Positions 1-8,147 are shown, counted from the first letter of the stretch. The stretch: 32,471 nt of DNA from a virus (IMGVR_UViG_3300033076_000914:1-32471), one strand, 5' to 3'. Translations and numbers: made by a program. Notes: a model not told the origin generated them from the letters alone.

Positions 1-8
1 AAGGTCAC
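1..8. repeat. 8-bp terminal direct repeat AAGGTCAC (second copy 32464-32471)
   Basis: The first 8 and last 8 bases are identical. They lie in the non-coding gap upstream of terS. Confidence 0.8.
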
Positions 9-88
9 CCCGAGGCTTGATACCAACATCTTCACATGAAATATCACACTTCGCCCCGCCCTTTCATCATGTAAGCATCCTTACACGT

Positions 89-337
89 TCAATGCGGCCC
101 ATGATGCCCTCGATCGGTGCTTCCCATCGGCAAGCCTAGCACCTCCTCGGCCACACCGACAAGCCCTTGACCCCAAGCTTGCTGCGCCTTGTACCCGATG
201 CTCCGATCCCTGAGTTCGATCTCTCCTGGCACCTCGCCCTCGTAAGCCGCCCAGGCGTCCGCCAGTCGACGCCACGTTAACCCGATGTCCCGTCGCAGGA
301 AGATCACGAGCCGCGCTTCTTTTTCAGTCAATCTCAT
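89..337 (-). CDS. Hypothetical protein, possible HTH
   Basis: 82 aa, overlaps the upstream gene. N-terminal LRRDIGLTWRRLADAW resembles an HTH. Confidence 0.65.
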   Translation of the reverse strand: MRLTEKEARLVIFLRRDIGLTWRRLADAWAAYEGEVPGEIELRDRSIGYKAQQAWGQGLVGVAEEVLGLPMGSTDRGHHGPH

Positions 338-554
338 AGCTTGCCCTTAGTAGCTCGCGCCACTTGACGCTGTCGGACACCGAGCAGATCGCCAATGTCG
401 CGCCGTAATGCTTCGCGACAAGCTGATCATGTATGTCATCCTCACCCGGCACCAACCGCATCAGCGCCGGTATGTCAGCCACACGCACAGAGCCATACAC
501 CAGCCAGCCGAAGCGGTGCCGATGGATCTGATACTGAACTTCGAAGTCATGCAC
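324..554 (-). CDS. Hypothetical protein
   Basis: 76 aa with normal composition, overlapping both neighbours in the operon. Confidence 0.7.
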   Translation of the reverse strand: MHDFEVQYQIHRHRFGWLVYGSVRVADIPALMRLVPGEDDIHDQLVAKHYGATLAICSVSDSVKWRELLRASYEID

Positions 555-1041
555 TGAGCCACTCCTTCAGGTCGACAAGCACAAGCTCGACGACGTCGCC
601 CTCTGTTCGTCGTACCGAAGCTACCGAGAAGCCCGCGCACAGCGCCGAGACAATCCGCTGATCGTGCTCGTCACCGCCGAGTTCCTCCACGATCAGCTCC
701 ACTACCCGGGCCTCGTCGTCGACTACCGTGCCCTCGGCAAGCATCGCCGCGTCGACCTCGGCTTGCCCGTTCCAAGCGCCGATCTGCTCCCACTTGCTGC
801 GCCGTCGATGATAGTCGAGGAGGTTCGCTATGATCGAGCCGGCCACGAGGTATACATACTTGCTCAGGCTCGCTCGGCCCGGATCGTATCGGCTCTTGCT
901 ATGCTGTCGCGTGAGGAGCCCGAGGAACACCGACTGCAACAAGTCGTCGCCGTCATGGCCCCGCTGCACCGCGATCCGATACAGCGGGTGACTCGCCGTC
1001 AGCCTCCGAATGTCCTTGTAGCTCCTCTGCCAATCCAGCAT
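547..1041 (-). CDS. Sigma-70/ECF-like RNA polymerase sigma factor
   Basis: Region-2-like DDLLQSVFLGLL..RYDPGRASLSKYVY and a degenerate region-4-like DQRIVSALCAGFSVASV. Confidence 0.7.
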   Translation of the reverse strand: MLDWQRSYKDIRRLTASHPLYRIAVQRGHDGDDLLQSVFLGLLTRQHSKSRYDPGRASLSKYVYLVAGSIIANLLDYHRRRSKWEQIGAWNGQAEVDAAMLAEGTVVDDEARVVELIVEELGGDEHDQRIVSALCAGFSVASVRRTEGDVVELVLVDLKEWLSA

Positions 1042-1702
1042 GGTGTCGCCGCCCCCATTCCGCTATCGCAGCGGCCTCGCACACATGGCCGATCCCCGCC
1101 AGCCGGCCGAGCCACATCACCTGGTGGCTGGCCCATCGCATCGCCTCGACTTCCGCGGCGTCTCGCTGCATACGCGGCGATATGTCGAGGATCTCGCTGC
1201 GCCACTGGCTGCACATCGGCCGTTGAACCATACCAACGGCTCGGGAGTGCCACGGCCCTGCCACCATCCCCGCATACCAGGAGAGGCGCTCCAGCGTCGT
1301 CCCCTGCCCGAAAAGTCCCTCGACGGTCAGCACCCAGCCCGCTTTGCCGAGACTGCGATCGAGCAAGTCCTCCACCATCATCGTCCCGGCATGCCACAGC
1401 GACGTCGCCACTCGCTCGCGTTCCACCCCGTCGACCAGCGACCGCACGAGCCAAACTTTCTGACGCGACCGCTGCACCGGCGCCCAGCTCCACGCGCCGA
1501 CGGCGCCTAGCCGACCAGATACCCGGCGGCACGCAACCGCCGCACCCGAGGTGCCTGGGTCGATGCCAACCCACAGAGGCACCCCAGTAGACGCACGCCA
1601 CACGGGCCCGGCGAGCGGCAGCCCCTCGTCACTGGCTCCCTCCGGTAGCCCCTGTCGATCCACCACTCCAGCCACTGTCCGAGCCTTGCCTTTGGCACCC
1701 AT
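953..1702 (-). CDS. RuvC-like Holliday junction resolvase
   Basis: WVGIDPGTSGA, TVEGLF and HVCEAAAIA match the RuvC motif order. The start position is uncertain. Confidence 0.75.
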   Translation of the reverse strand: MGAKGKARTVAGVVDRQGLPEGASDEGLPLAGPVWRASTGVPLWVGIDPGTSGAAVACRRVSGRLGAVGAWSWAPVQRSRQKVWLVRSLVDGVERERVATSLWHAGTMMVEDLLDRSLGKAGWVLTVEGLFGQGTTLERLSWYAGMVAGPWHSRAVGMVQRPMCSQWRSEILDISPRMQRDAAEVEAMRWASHQVMWLGRLAGIGHVCEAAAIAEWGRRHHAGLAEELQGHSEADGESPAVSDRGAAGP

Positions 1703-1725
1703 CGACCCCCCGGCTCAGAGTAAGC

Positions 1726-1974
1726 CTAGCCCGTCGCTTCTTCCATGCCCGTCGCGAACTTATTTGACCGGAGCCACTTCCTCGCCCGTTCAGGCGTCCA
1801 CAGCTTCCGATCGAACCGAATGGACTGCAGCTCGTAGGTCGCCGACTTGCCCCGACCCTTGATCCCCCAGATCGCCGACACGCCCCGCGGCCATGCCCGA
1901 GGCTCCGTCCGAGCGAAGCTGTCATACTGTCCCGGCTCTGTCTGTCTCGCTGCGTGCTCATTCGGGAAGGGCAT
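1726..1974 (-). CDS. Small conserved-looking phage domain protein (PFPNEHAAR...QSIRFD..WT...ARKWL)
   Basis: 82 aa with GGAGG SD. The motif resembles a domain I recall from phage head-maturation proteins. Confidence 0.75.
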   Translation of the reverse strand: MPFPNEHAARQTEPGQYDSFARTEPRAWPRGVSAIWGIKGRGKSATYELQSIRFDRKLWTPERARKWLRSNKFATGMEEATG

Positions 1975-1992
1975 CGATCCTCCGCTGGCATC

Positions 1993-2136
1993 CTACCAGA
2001 CGATCTCAAAGTTGCACCCCGGCTCCACCGTCCGAAGCCACCGCCGCCCCGCGCACCACGCCTCGTGCCGCGTCGGCCACGTCCGACCGTCCACCGCTTC
2101 GAGTCCACCCGGCCACATCAGCTTGAGTCCATACAT
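1993..2136 (-). CDS. Small Trp-rich hypothetical protein, 47 aa (not in ORF track)
   Basis: Hand translation MYGLKLMWPGGLEAVDGRTWPTRHEAWCAGRRWLRTVEPGCNFEIVW*. It fills the gap on the operon strand, with AGGGG upstream. Confidence 0.55.
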   Translation of the reverse strand: MYGLKLMWPGGLEAVDGRTWPTRHEAWCAGRRWLRTVEPGCNFEIVW

Positions 2137-2148
2137 TGACGCAACCCC

Positions 2149-2377
2149 TGACGAGTGTACTCGTCACTCATATCCAGCGTCCAACGCCCGTGACGAGTGA
2201 CGATTGCAAATTGCGAAACTTTCCGAGGAGGTGCTGACGCTTCCCCCCTATTTACTCTGATCTTCTTTCTAAATATCTTAGGATTTCTAATCGTCACTCG
2301 TCACAGGCATTGACCCTTGCCTTTCAGTGACGATTGCAAATCGATTGCACTCGTACAATTTGGTCGATCAACCAAAT
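2149..2377. other. Putative replication origin
   Basis: Palindrome TGACGAGT-gt-ACTCGTCA (2149-2166), a perfect 16-bp inverted repeat (2190-2205/2289-2304) flanking an AT-rich core (about 2249-2290), and a 16-bp direct repeat (2196-2211/2326-2341). It lies close downstream of primase and helicase. Confidence 0.7.
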
Positions 2378-2406
2378 CACCACCGCTCGCCGGTAAGGTG
2401 AGGCAT

Positions 2407-2460
2407 AGACCCCCCGGGCCTCTGCCTCTGGCACGCTATCCCTCGGGGGGTTTTTGTTTA
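2407..2460. terminator. GC hairpin, possible (bidirectional) terminator
   Basis: ACCCCCCG...CGGGGGGT stem with a long loop. It has a T-tract on the plus strand and sits right after the stop of 2458..2793. Confidence 0.45.
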
Positions 2461-2793
2461 TGCCTTCGCCCGGGCCTTGAGATACTCAACCAGCGTGCGC
2501 CGCGCCCAGGCGCGTCCCGGGTCGCCGCCCCACATCAGCCACGATTGGTAGCCCTTGCTGTCGCGGCCCCATCCCTCGCCCTGCTTGTCGACCTCGTGTC
2601 GTTCGAAGTAGGACACCATCCTTTGCAGGGTGTCGACGCTGACCGGCCTTTGGTTCGCGAGCTGTACGGCCCTCGCCACGCCGACGGGCGTGCCCGCCCG
2701 GTTGCTCGGCGTCTGCTTCGCTCGGAGGTCAAGGCCGCGTTGCGCGGCCCTGGCGACTTCATCGGGCGGGGTGAATGTCACTTGCGACTCCAT
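2458..2793 (-). CDS. Conserved phage domain protein (RGL..R, RM.SYF.RHE.DK, W.MWGGD.G..W)
   Basis: 111 aa, overlapping the helicase stop. The motif resembles a domain I recall from phage head morphogenesis and protease fusions. Confidence 0.8.
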   Translation of the reverse strand: MESQVTFTPPDEVARAAQRGLDLRAKQTPSNRAGTPVGVARAVQLANQRPVSVDTLQRMVSYFERHEVDKQGEGWGRDSKGYQSWLMWGGDPGRAWARRTLVEYLKARAKA

Positions 2794-3983
2794 ACAGTGA
2801 GACGCCGCCCCTTGACGAGCGGCCTCGTCCTATCGTACCCGAGATCCCGCAGCACCACGGTCACGCGCTGCTCGTCTTGCTTGCTCTGCTGACTCAGCGG
2901 CCGGTCGAGCGCCTCAGAGAGCACGTCAGCGACTTCCACCTTCTTCCGCTCCTCGCACCAGCTCGCGATCTTCGCTCGCCACGGGTCGTCGCCCTGGTAG
3001 GCTTCGGACGCCTCGGCCAACACCGCGGCCTCATCCATATCGAGCCACCATCGCTCGCCCGCTTGGTAAGCCTCCACGGCCTCGGCCCACAGCTGGTCGC
3101 GGTCTTGCCGCAGCGCCGCGAGGTCAATCGCCCCGACGGTCACGGGCCAGAAGCGCCGGGAGCCCGTCGGATCGGCGAGGAAGTCGATCCGGTTCGTCGT
3201 CCCGATGAATACCGTGCGCCGAGGCGCGTCCACCACGTTGCGCCCGTAAGCCGGCCGGAAGCGGTCGACGGGTGAGGAGATCAACGCCTTGATCCGCGCC
3301 TGGTCTTTCTTCGAGAAGCTGTCGATCTCGGCGAGCTCGTAGATCCAGACCCCGGCGAGCTGCTGGTACGCATCCTTGCTATCGGGGTCGATCGGCGTGT
3401 CGCCATGCCACTCACCGGCAAGGATGCTGATCGCCTGGCTCTTGCCTTTGCCCTGCCCGCCGACGAGCACCAGCACCGTGTCGACCTTGCAACCCGGCCG
3501 CAACGCCCGAGCCACCGCCGAGATCGCGAAACACCGCCCGATGCGCTCCACGATGGGGCACGCCTCGACGCCGAGGTAGCGACTCAGCCACCCGTCCAGC
3601 CGAGCCACCCCATCCCACACCTTGTCCAGATACTCCGCCACCGGGTCAAGCGTATGCTCGGCAGCCACGAGCCGCAGCGCCTCACCGACCGTCGCCGAGT
3701 TCGCGACCACGTCGTAGATCCGACTCAGCCACAGCGCTGCCGCGACCTCGTCCGCATCGAGAAACGGCGTCCCATCGAGGCGGTGCTTGCTGTCGTGTCG
3801 AGTGTAGGTCAATCGGCCACGCCACCGGCTATCGAGCTCGAAGATCGTGACGAGGTTTTCGAGGATCGCCCTCGGCCTCGGGTCTTGCCCTCCCCCGCCG
3901 AGCTTGAGCCGCGCCCAAACGTGAGGCTCTGGCCCCGGTAGTTCCTCCACCCCTGCCAGCCGTAACACCGTCGCTGAATCCAT
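2778..3983 (-). CDS. VirE/VapE-family (virulence-associated E) P-loop helicase
   Basis: PGCKVDTVLVLVGGQGKGKS (Walker A), WIYELAEID, DRFRPAYGR, FIGTTN, DPTGSRRFWP and RDQLWAEA. ATG at 3983 lies 2 nt after the primase stop. Confidence 0.9.
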   Translation of the reverse strand: MDSATVLRLAGVEELPGPEPHVWARLKLGGGGQDPRPRAILENLVTIFELDSRWRGRLTYTRHDSKHRLDGTPFLDADEVAAALWLSRIYDVVANSATVGEALRLVAAEHTLDPVAEYLDKVWDGVARLDGWLSRYLGVEACPIVERIGRCFAISAVARALRPGCKVDTVLVLVGGQGKGKSQAISILAGEWHGDTPIDPDSKDAYQQLAGVWIYELAEIDSFSKKDQARIKALISSPVDRFRPAYGRNVVDAPRRTVFIGTTNRIDFLADPTGSRRFWPVTVGAIDLAALRQDRDQLWAEAVEAYQAGERWWLDMDEAAVLAEASEAYQGDDPWRAKIASWCEERKKVEVADVLSEALDRPLSQQSKQDEQRVTVVLRDLGYDRTRPLVKGRRLTVWSRK

Positions 3984-3985
3984 CG

Positions 3986-4942
3986 TTATCCCCCGCTCAG
4001 ATCGTCTATCCATCCAAACCACCCGCAGCTGTTTTTGTGATTGCACTCGGCGCCAGCCTTGCGGTCGGGCGCGAGGAGGAACCACACCGTGCGGTCTCCA
4101 CACTTCGGGCACTTGATCCCATGCGCCCTCTCCGTCGTCATTCGAGCCCCCAGAAAGGCCGCCGCCCGTCGGCGCACCGCTGGGTCTCTCCGTAGCGCCT
4201 CCCGCGCCGCCGATAGCCCTTTCCCGGGACTCGTCGGCGTCTGGGGTATGTCGGCCCTAACGCGAGCGGCGACGGCCTCTGGTGCCCTCCCAGCAAGCGC
4301 AAGCGCCTCCTCTGTCTGTCGGTGCCAGTCAGGGTCGCACAGGTAGCCTCCCGGGTCATGCATGAAGCCAAACACGGCGCCGTCTCCTCGCCGAGCAGGG
4401 AGGAAGTACAGCCGACTCGCATCCTTGCACGCCTGGTCGATGGTGCCGGCCGCCCGCCCTGCGGCCCAGCTCCATACCCACCGCCACGCCCGAAGCGGCA
4501 CTGGCCGCGCCAGTGGCACGATCAGGCGGAACTTGGTCAGCACCTCGGAGTGTGACCAGCTCGAGTGCACAATACACGGCCAGTCGAGCCACGGCACCAG
4601 CGCCACATCCGGCGACGTGCCATCGTCGTAGTCGAGCACGATGCAGCTCACCGCCTCGACGCGGTCGTTCGCCCGAGTCGCGCCCTCGGGGAGTACGGCC
4701 GGCGACCAGGCGGGGAGGGTGCGCTTGTCCGCGTCGGCGGGGAACCGCACATGGTCGGTCAGGAGCTCGCCGAGCCCTTTCCAGTCGAGTGCAAGTCGCC
4801 GCGGTCGATTATCGCGAGCGCCGCCATAGAGCGACACCTCCCACACCGGGTTACCCCCCGTTGGGGCCACCGGAGGCGGGGGAGTCGATGGTGCAACCTC
4901 AGTGCCTGCCGCCGAGGTGGTCTCGGCGGGGGCGCTTACCAT
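3986..4942 (-). CDS. AEP-superfamily primase with C-terminal Zn finger
   Basis: WSPA, IVLDYDDG, HSSWSH, KFRLIVPLARPV, DQACKDASRLYFLP and a C-terminal CPKC...CNHKNSC. The start could be 4942, 4951 or 4966. Confidence 0.8.
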   Translation of the reverse strand: MVSAPAETTSAAGTEVAPSTPPPPVAPTGGNPVWEVSLYGGARDNRPRRLALDWKGLGELLTDHVRFPADADKRTLPAWSPAVLPEGATRANDRVEAVSCIVLDYDDGTSPDVALVPWLDWPCIVHSSWSHSEVLTKFRLIVPLARPVPLRAWRWVWSWAAGRAAGTIDQACKDASRLYFLPARRGDGAVFGFMHDPGGYLCDPDWHRQTEEALALAGRAPEAVAARVRADIPQTPTSPGKGLSAAREALRRDPAVRRRAAAFLGARMTTERAHGIKCPKCGDRTVWFLLAPDRKAGAECNHKNSCGWFGWIDDLSGG

Positions 4943-5184
4943 CGCTGGCATTTTACGCCCAGCCAATACTCAGCGCGTTCGATTTCGAGCAGCGGCACGC
5001 CCCAGAGCTGCGCCCACTCGCGAGCCATAAGATCGCCCGCCATTTCGCAAAGTACCCGGAGCTGACCATCCGTCAGCCTCGGAGGATGCGCCGCGTAGAT
5101 CCGCTCTCTGAGCGTCATTTGCAGCGTCCGCGTGTCTGCCATGGGGATAGCGACCGGAGCCACTGGAACCGTGGGGATGCTCAT
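4936..5184 (-). CDS. Hypothetical protein, possible HTH
   Basis: 82 aa with an ATGA-coupled start. AREWAQLWGVPLLEIERAE is HTH-like. Confidence 0.65.
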   Translation of the reverse strand: MSIPTVPVAPVAIPMADTRTLQMTLRERIYAAHPPRLTDGQLRVLCEMAGDLMAREWAQLWGVPLLEIERAEYWLGVKCQRW

Positions 5185-5312
5185 GCCTCACCCCACTCGG
5201 CCCGAAGCGCCAGCGCCACGCACAGCCCCGCCCAGCTCGCCGCGGTGTCAGTGTCGAGCCCGAGCCCGACGGCCGCACCGTACATCGCCTCGATGAGTTC
5301 GCCGGTTCTCAT
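5181..5312 (-). CDS. Small hypothetical protein, 43 aa (not in ORF track)
   Basis: MRTGELIEAMYGAAVGLGLDTDTAASWAGLCVALALRAEWGEA*, with ATGA overlaps at both ends. Confidence 0.75.
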   Translation of the reverse strand: MRTGELIEAMYGAAVGLGLDTDTAASWAGLCVALALRAEWGEA

Positions 5313-5851
5313 CGCGCCTCCAAAGTCGCCATATAATCAGCAACAAGTTTGCCTTTTAGGCCAATGATTCCGCATCGCTCTTTGCGTGCAAGGTTGTTGT
5401 CGACGCCGACGCGGGCACAATTTGCCGGATGATCCTGACGCTGCGCCATAGAACTGCTGCAGTACAGCTTGGTGAATGCGCCCAACCGAAGCTCTGCATG
5501 CCATCCGGCCGCGTGCAAGTAGTCATCCCCGAGAGCGACGACGATCAGATCTGCTTTTCGCGTCACAAGATCCGCAAAGTCTCGCGGGATACCTAGAGTT
5601 TGAGCAGCCGAAGCGATCTTCGCCTTGCCAAGCCCAGCAAAGGTCACATCGTAGGGATCGATCTGATCGTCCTCATGGATCAGTCCCAAGCCAGCCGAGA
5701 CAATATGCCATGCGACGTCATGCCCTTCTGCGCGAGTGAGCTCGACGGCGCGCTTGATCCGCAGGTGTTGATCCCCGAGGTAGACGTCGGCGGCTCGGCC
5801 ACCCGTCATAGACTTTTTCGCCGTGCAGCTGGATACAATGGTGATCTTCAT
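5309..5851 (-). CDS. DUF6884/YaaA-like protein
   Basis: IVSSCTAKK, AADVYLG, WHIVSAGLGL and IDPYDVTF match this family's motif pattern. ATGA-coupled start. Confidence 0.65.
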   Translation of the reverse strand: MKITIVSSCTAKKSMTGGRAADVYLGDQHLRIKRAVELTRAEGHDVAWHIVSAGLGLIHEDDQIDPYDVTFAGLGKAKIASAAQTLGIPRDFADLVTRKADLIVVALGDDYLHAAGWHAELRLGAFTKLYCSSSMAQRQDHPANCARVGVDNNLARKERCGIIGLKGKLVADYMATLEAR

Positions 5852-6048
5852 CGCCCCGCCTCCTCGGCCAGCGTGAGCCGGATCTCCACCCGCTCGATCC
5901 CCTCGCGCACGAGAAGCCTGAGCAGGCTGCTACGGTTCCACTCCCAGCCGAGCTTGCGTGCCCGTTCGCACAGGTCGTCGACGTGCGCCAGCTGAAGTTC
6001 GCTCATGCGGATCTGCACTTGTTCTGTCAGTCGGTCGTCTGGTTCCAC
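5848..6048 (-). CDS. Ribbon-helix-helix (Arc/CopG-like) transcriptional regulator
   Basis: QVQIRMSE strand, LAHVDDLC helix and NRSSLLRLLVREGI helix. First gene of the leftward operon. Confidence 0.8.
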   Translation of the reverse strand: MEPDDRLTEQVQIRMSELQLAHVDDLCERARKLGWEWNRSSLLRLLVREGIERVEIRLTLAEEAGR

Positions 6049-6060
6049 GGTGCCCTCCCA

Positions 6061-6122
6061 ACCGTTTCCATTTTGGACACGGTCATGGTTGACACATACC
6101 CACAGTGCATTACACTGTCAAC
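6061..6122. promoter_or_regulatory. Divergent overlapping sigma70-type promoters and operator
   Basis: Plus strand TTGACA (6089-6094)-16 nt-TACACT (6111-6116). Minus strand TTGACA (6121-6116)-17 nt-TATGTG. Inverted repeats at 6102-6107/6113-6118 and 6061-6070/6074-6083. Confidence 0.7.
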
Positions 6123-6150
6123 GTCCGCACTACAAACGGACGGAGGACAC

Positions 6151-6258
6151 ATGAACACCTACACGAAGAAAGACGAGATCATCGACGCGATCGCCTGTAT
6201 CTCCTTGATCCCGCTCGGTTGGGCGATCTGGACGCTCACCTGCTGCGTGTTCGCATGA
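6151..6258 (+). CDS. Small hydrophobic membrane peptide, 35 aa
   Basis: GGAGG SD, MNTYTKKDEIIDAIACISLIPLGWAIWTLTCCVFA, ATGA-coupled to erf. Confidence 0.65.
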   Translation: MNTYTKKDEIIDAIACISLIPLGWAIWTLTCCVFA

Positions 6259-6887
6259 TCCGCAGCTCCGAGACCCTCGGCCAGCTCGCCGCCGCCCTTG
6301 CCGCCGCTCAGGCCACGATGGGGCACGCCTCGAAGGATGGGAAGAATCCACACTTCAAGTCCTCGTATGCCACCCTCGCAGCCGTGATCGAGGCGATCCG
6401 CGAGCCCCTCAGCAAGCAAGGGATCGCGTTTACATCGCTGGCCTCGACGGACGGCCTGACGGTCAGTGTCGAGACGCGCCTCATGCACAAGTCGGGAGAA
6501 TGGCTCGCGTCAACGGCGACCGCCGCCGTCCGTGACGCCTCCCCACAGGTCGTCGGCTCAGCTCAGACGTACCTGCGCCGCTACGGCCTCCAAGCGATCT
6601 GCGGCCTTGCCGCCGAGGACGACGACGGCGAAGCCACCCGCAGCGCCAAGCCCCCTCCATCGAAGGAAAAGGACGCCACCTGGGAAGCCTCTCGGGCGGG
6701 ATTCTGCGCCGAGCTCGGCCGCCTCGGTGTCGATTACGATCGCCTTGCCGAGTACCTGGAAAGCATCGGCCGGGAGCGCCCCTCGGCTATGGACGCCGCA
6801 ACACGCGCCAGCCTTATACGAGCACTCAAACCAGAAACGGCCTTCCGGGCCAAGTTCGACGCACACACCACCATCGGAGCAGCTTAG
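6255..6887 (+). CDS. erf: ERF-family single-strand annealing protein
   Basis: LAAALAAAQ, KNPHFKSSYATL, TRLMHKSGEWL, GSAQTYLRRYGL and EDDDG. Confidence 0.92.
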   Translation: MIRSSETLGQLAAALAAAQATMGHASKDGKNPHFKSSYATLAAVIEAIREPLSKQGIAFTSLASTDGLTVSVETRLMHKSGEWLASTATAAVRDASPQVVGSAQTYLRRYGLQAICGLAAEDDDGEATRSAKPPPSKEKDATWEASRAGFCAELGRLGVDYDRLAEYLESIGRERPSAMDAATRASLIRALKPETAFRAKFDAHTTIGAA

Positions 6888-6890
6888 CCT

Positions 6891-7562
6891 ATGCGCCACA
6901 TTTACATCGACATCGAGACCCTACCCTGCGCCGACCCTGCGTCGGTGCCTGTCCCGAAAGCCCCGTCAAACTACAAGGATCCCGAGAAGATCGCCGCGTA
7001 TATTGAGGAGGCCCGCGCCTCCGCCTGGCGCGAGACGAGCCTCGATCCGCTTCTCGGCCGCGTGTTCTGCATCGGCATAGCGGTCGACGACGCGCCGGTG
7101 CAAGTGCTGTACGATGCGTCGGGCGAAGCCGAGCGTGAGGTCATCGCCCAGCTCGCCGCGGTCGTCACCGAGGCCCACGAGGCCGGCCGGTTCTCGCTTT
7201 GGTTCGTAGGGCACAACATTAGCGGGTTCGACTTGCGTTGGCTCTGGTTCCGCGCCGTCAAGTACGGATACCGTGAGCTTGCCCGGTTGCTGCCCTACCA
7301 GCGGTGGCAGGCGGCACAATGTCAGGACACCCTCAAGATCGCTCAGGGCTCCGACTGGTCGGGTAAGGGGCTCGGCCTGTCGCGCCTCGCTGAGTTCTTC
7401 GGCATGGCTGGCAAGGCCGAGGGACTCGACGGGTCGAAGGTGTACGACGCTTGGCTTGCTGGCGAGCACGATCGGATCCGCGCATACTGCGCCGCCGACG
7501 TGGAGCTGGCCCGGGAGCTTTACGATCGTTTCAACGTCAACATGGGAGGAAAGAAAGCATGA
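6891..7562 (+). CDS. DnaQ/PolB-like 3'-5' exonuclease
   Basis: ExoI YIDIET, ExoII VGHNISGFDL and ExoIII YCAADV. Confidence 0.88.
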   Translation: MRHIYIDIETLPCADPASVPVPKAPSNYKDPEKIAAYIEEARASAWRETSLDPLLGRVFCIGIAVDDAPVQVLYDASGEAEREVIAQLAAVVTEAHEAGRFSLWFVGHNISGFDLRWLWFRAVKYGYRELARLLPYQRWQAAQCQDTLKIAQGSDWSGKGLGLSRLAEFFGMAGKAEGLDGSKVYDAWLAGEHDRIRAYCAADVELARELYDRFNVNMGGKKA

Positions 7563-7894
7563 TCACCGCCACCATCATCGGCCGCCTCGGCCGGGACGCC
7601 GAGGACGTGAAGGCCGCGAGCCCCGGGATCTCATTCAGTCTTGCCAGCGATCAAGGCTGGGGGGAGAAGCGGACGACGAACTGGATCCGCGTCACCCTCT
7701 GGGGCAAGCGCGCCGAGATCCTTCGCCCGATGCTTGTCAAGGGCTGTCGAGTCGCGGTCTGCGGCGAAGTCCAGACGAACGAGTACCAGGGCAAGCTGTC
7801 CCTTGAGTGTAAAGCCTGGGAGATCCAGATCCTCAGTGAGCGCCGCGAACAGTCCAACGCCCCGACGGTGTCCCATGAATCCGACCCCTTCTAA
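7559..7894 (+). CDS. ssb: Single-stranded DNA-binding protein
   Basis: IIGRLGRDAE, WIRVTLWGKRAE, LVKGCRVAVCGE and an acidic C-terminal ESDPF. ATGA-coupled start. Confidence 0.92.
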   Translation: MITATIIGRLGRDAEDVKAASPGISFSLASDQGWGEKRTTNWIRVTLWGKRAEILRPMLVKGCRVAVCGEVQTNEYQGKLSLECKAWEIQILSERREQSNAPTVSHESDPF

Positions 7895-8147
7895 GCTGGA
7901 CGATCTGTCCGATATGCTCGGCCGCTTGGAGTCGGTCGGGCGCTCCCTCGCCGGCCAGTATGGGGCGGTACACTTCCACTATCATTCGGGCTCAAAGGAG
8001 CTCTGGATCATGGGAGGCGACCCCGCCAAGTTTCCGGCGACCTGGGAGCCGTTCGACACCGGGCCTGAGACGCTTCAGCCATACGAGAAAGGCACACTGT
8101 ACCTCCCGCACGGCTTCCGCGTCGTCATGCTGCGCCCAGCTACTTGA
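7875..8147 (+). CDS. Hypothetical protein, 90 aa
   Basis: ATG overlaps the end of ssb. Normal composition from MNPTPSK onward; converges on the endolysin. Confidence 0.6.
   Translation: MNPTPSKLDDLSDMLGRLESVGRSLAGQYGAVHFHYHSGSKELWIMGGDPAKFPATWEPFDTGPETLQPYEKGTLYLPHGFRVVMLRPAT

Noticed and set aside
3983-4112. Primase-helicase fusion by -1 frameshift at C AAA AAC
   Set aside because: The heptamer is not canonical XXXYYYZ, shifting would truncate the Zn finger, and the helicase has its own coupled ATG.
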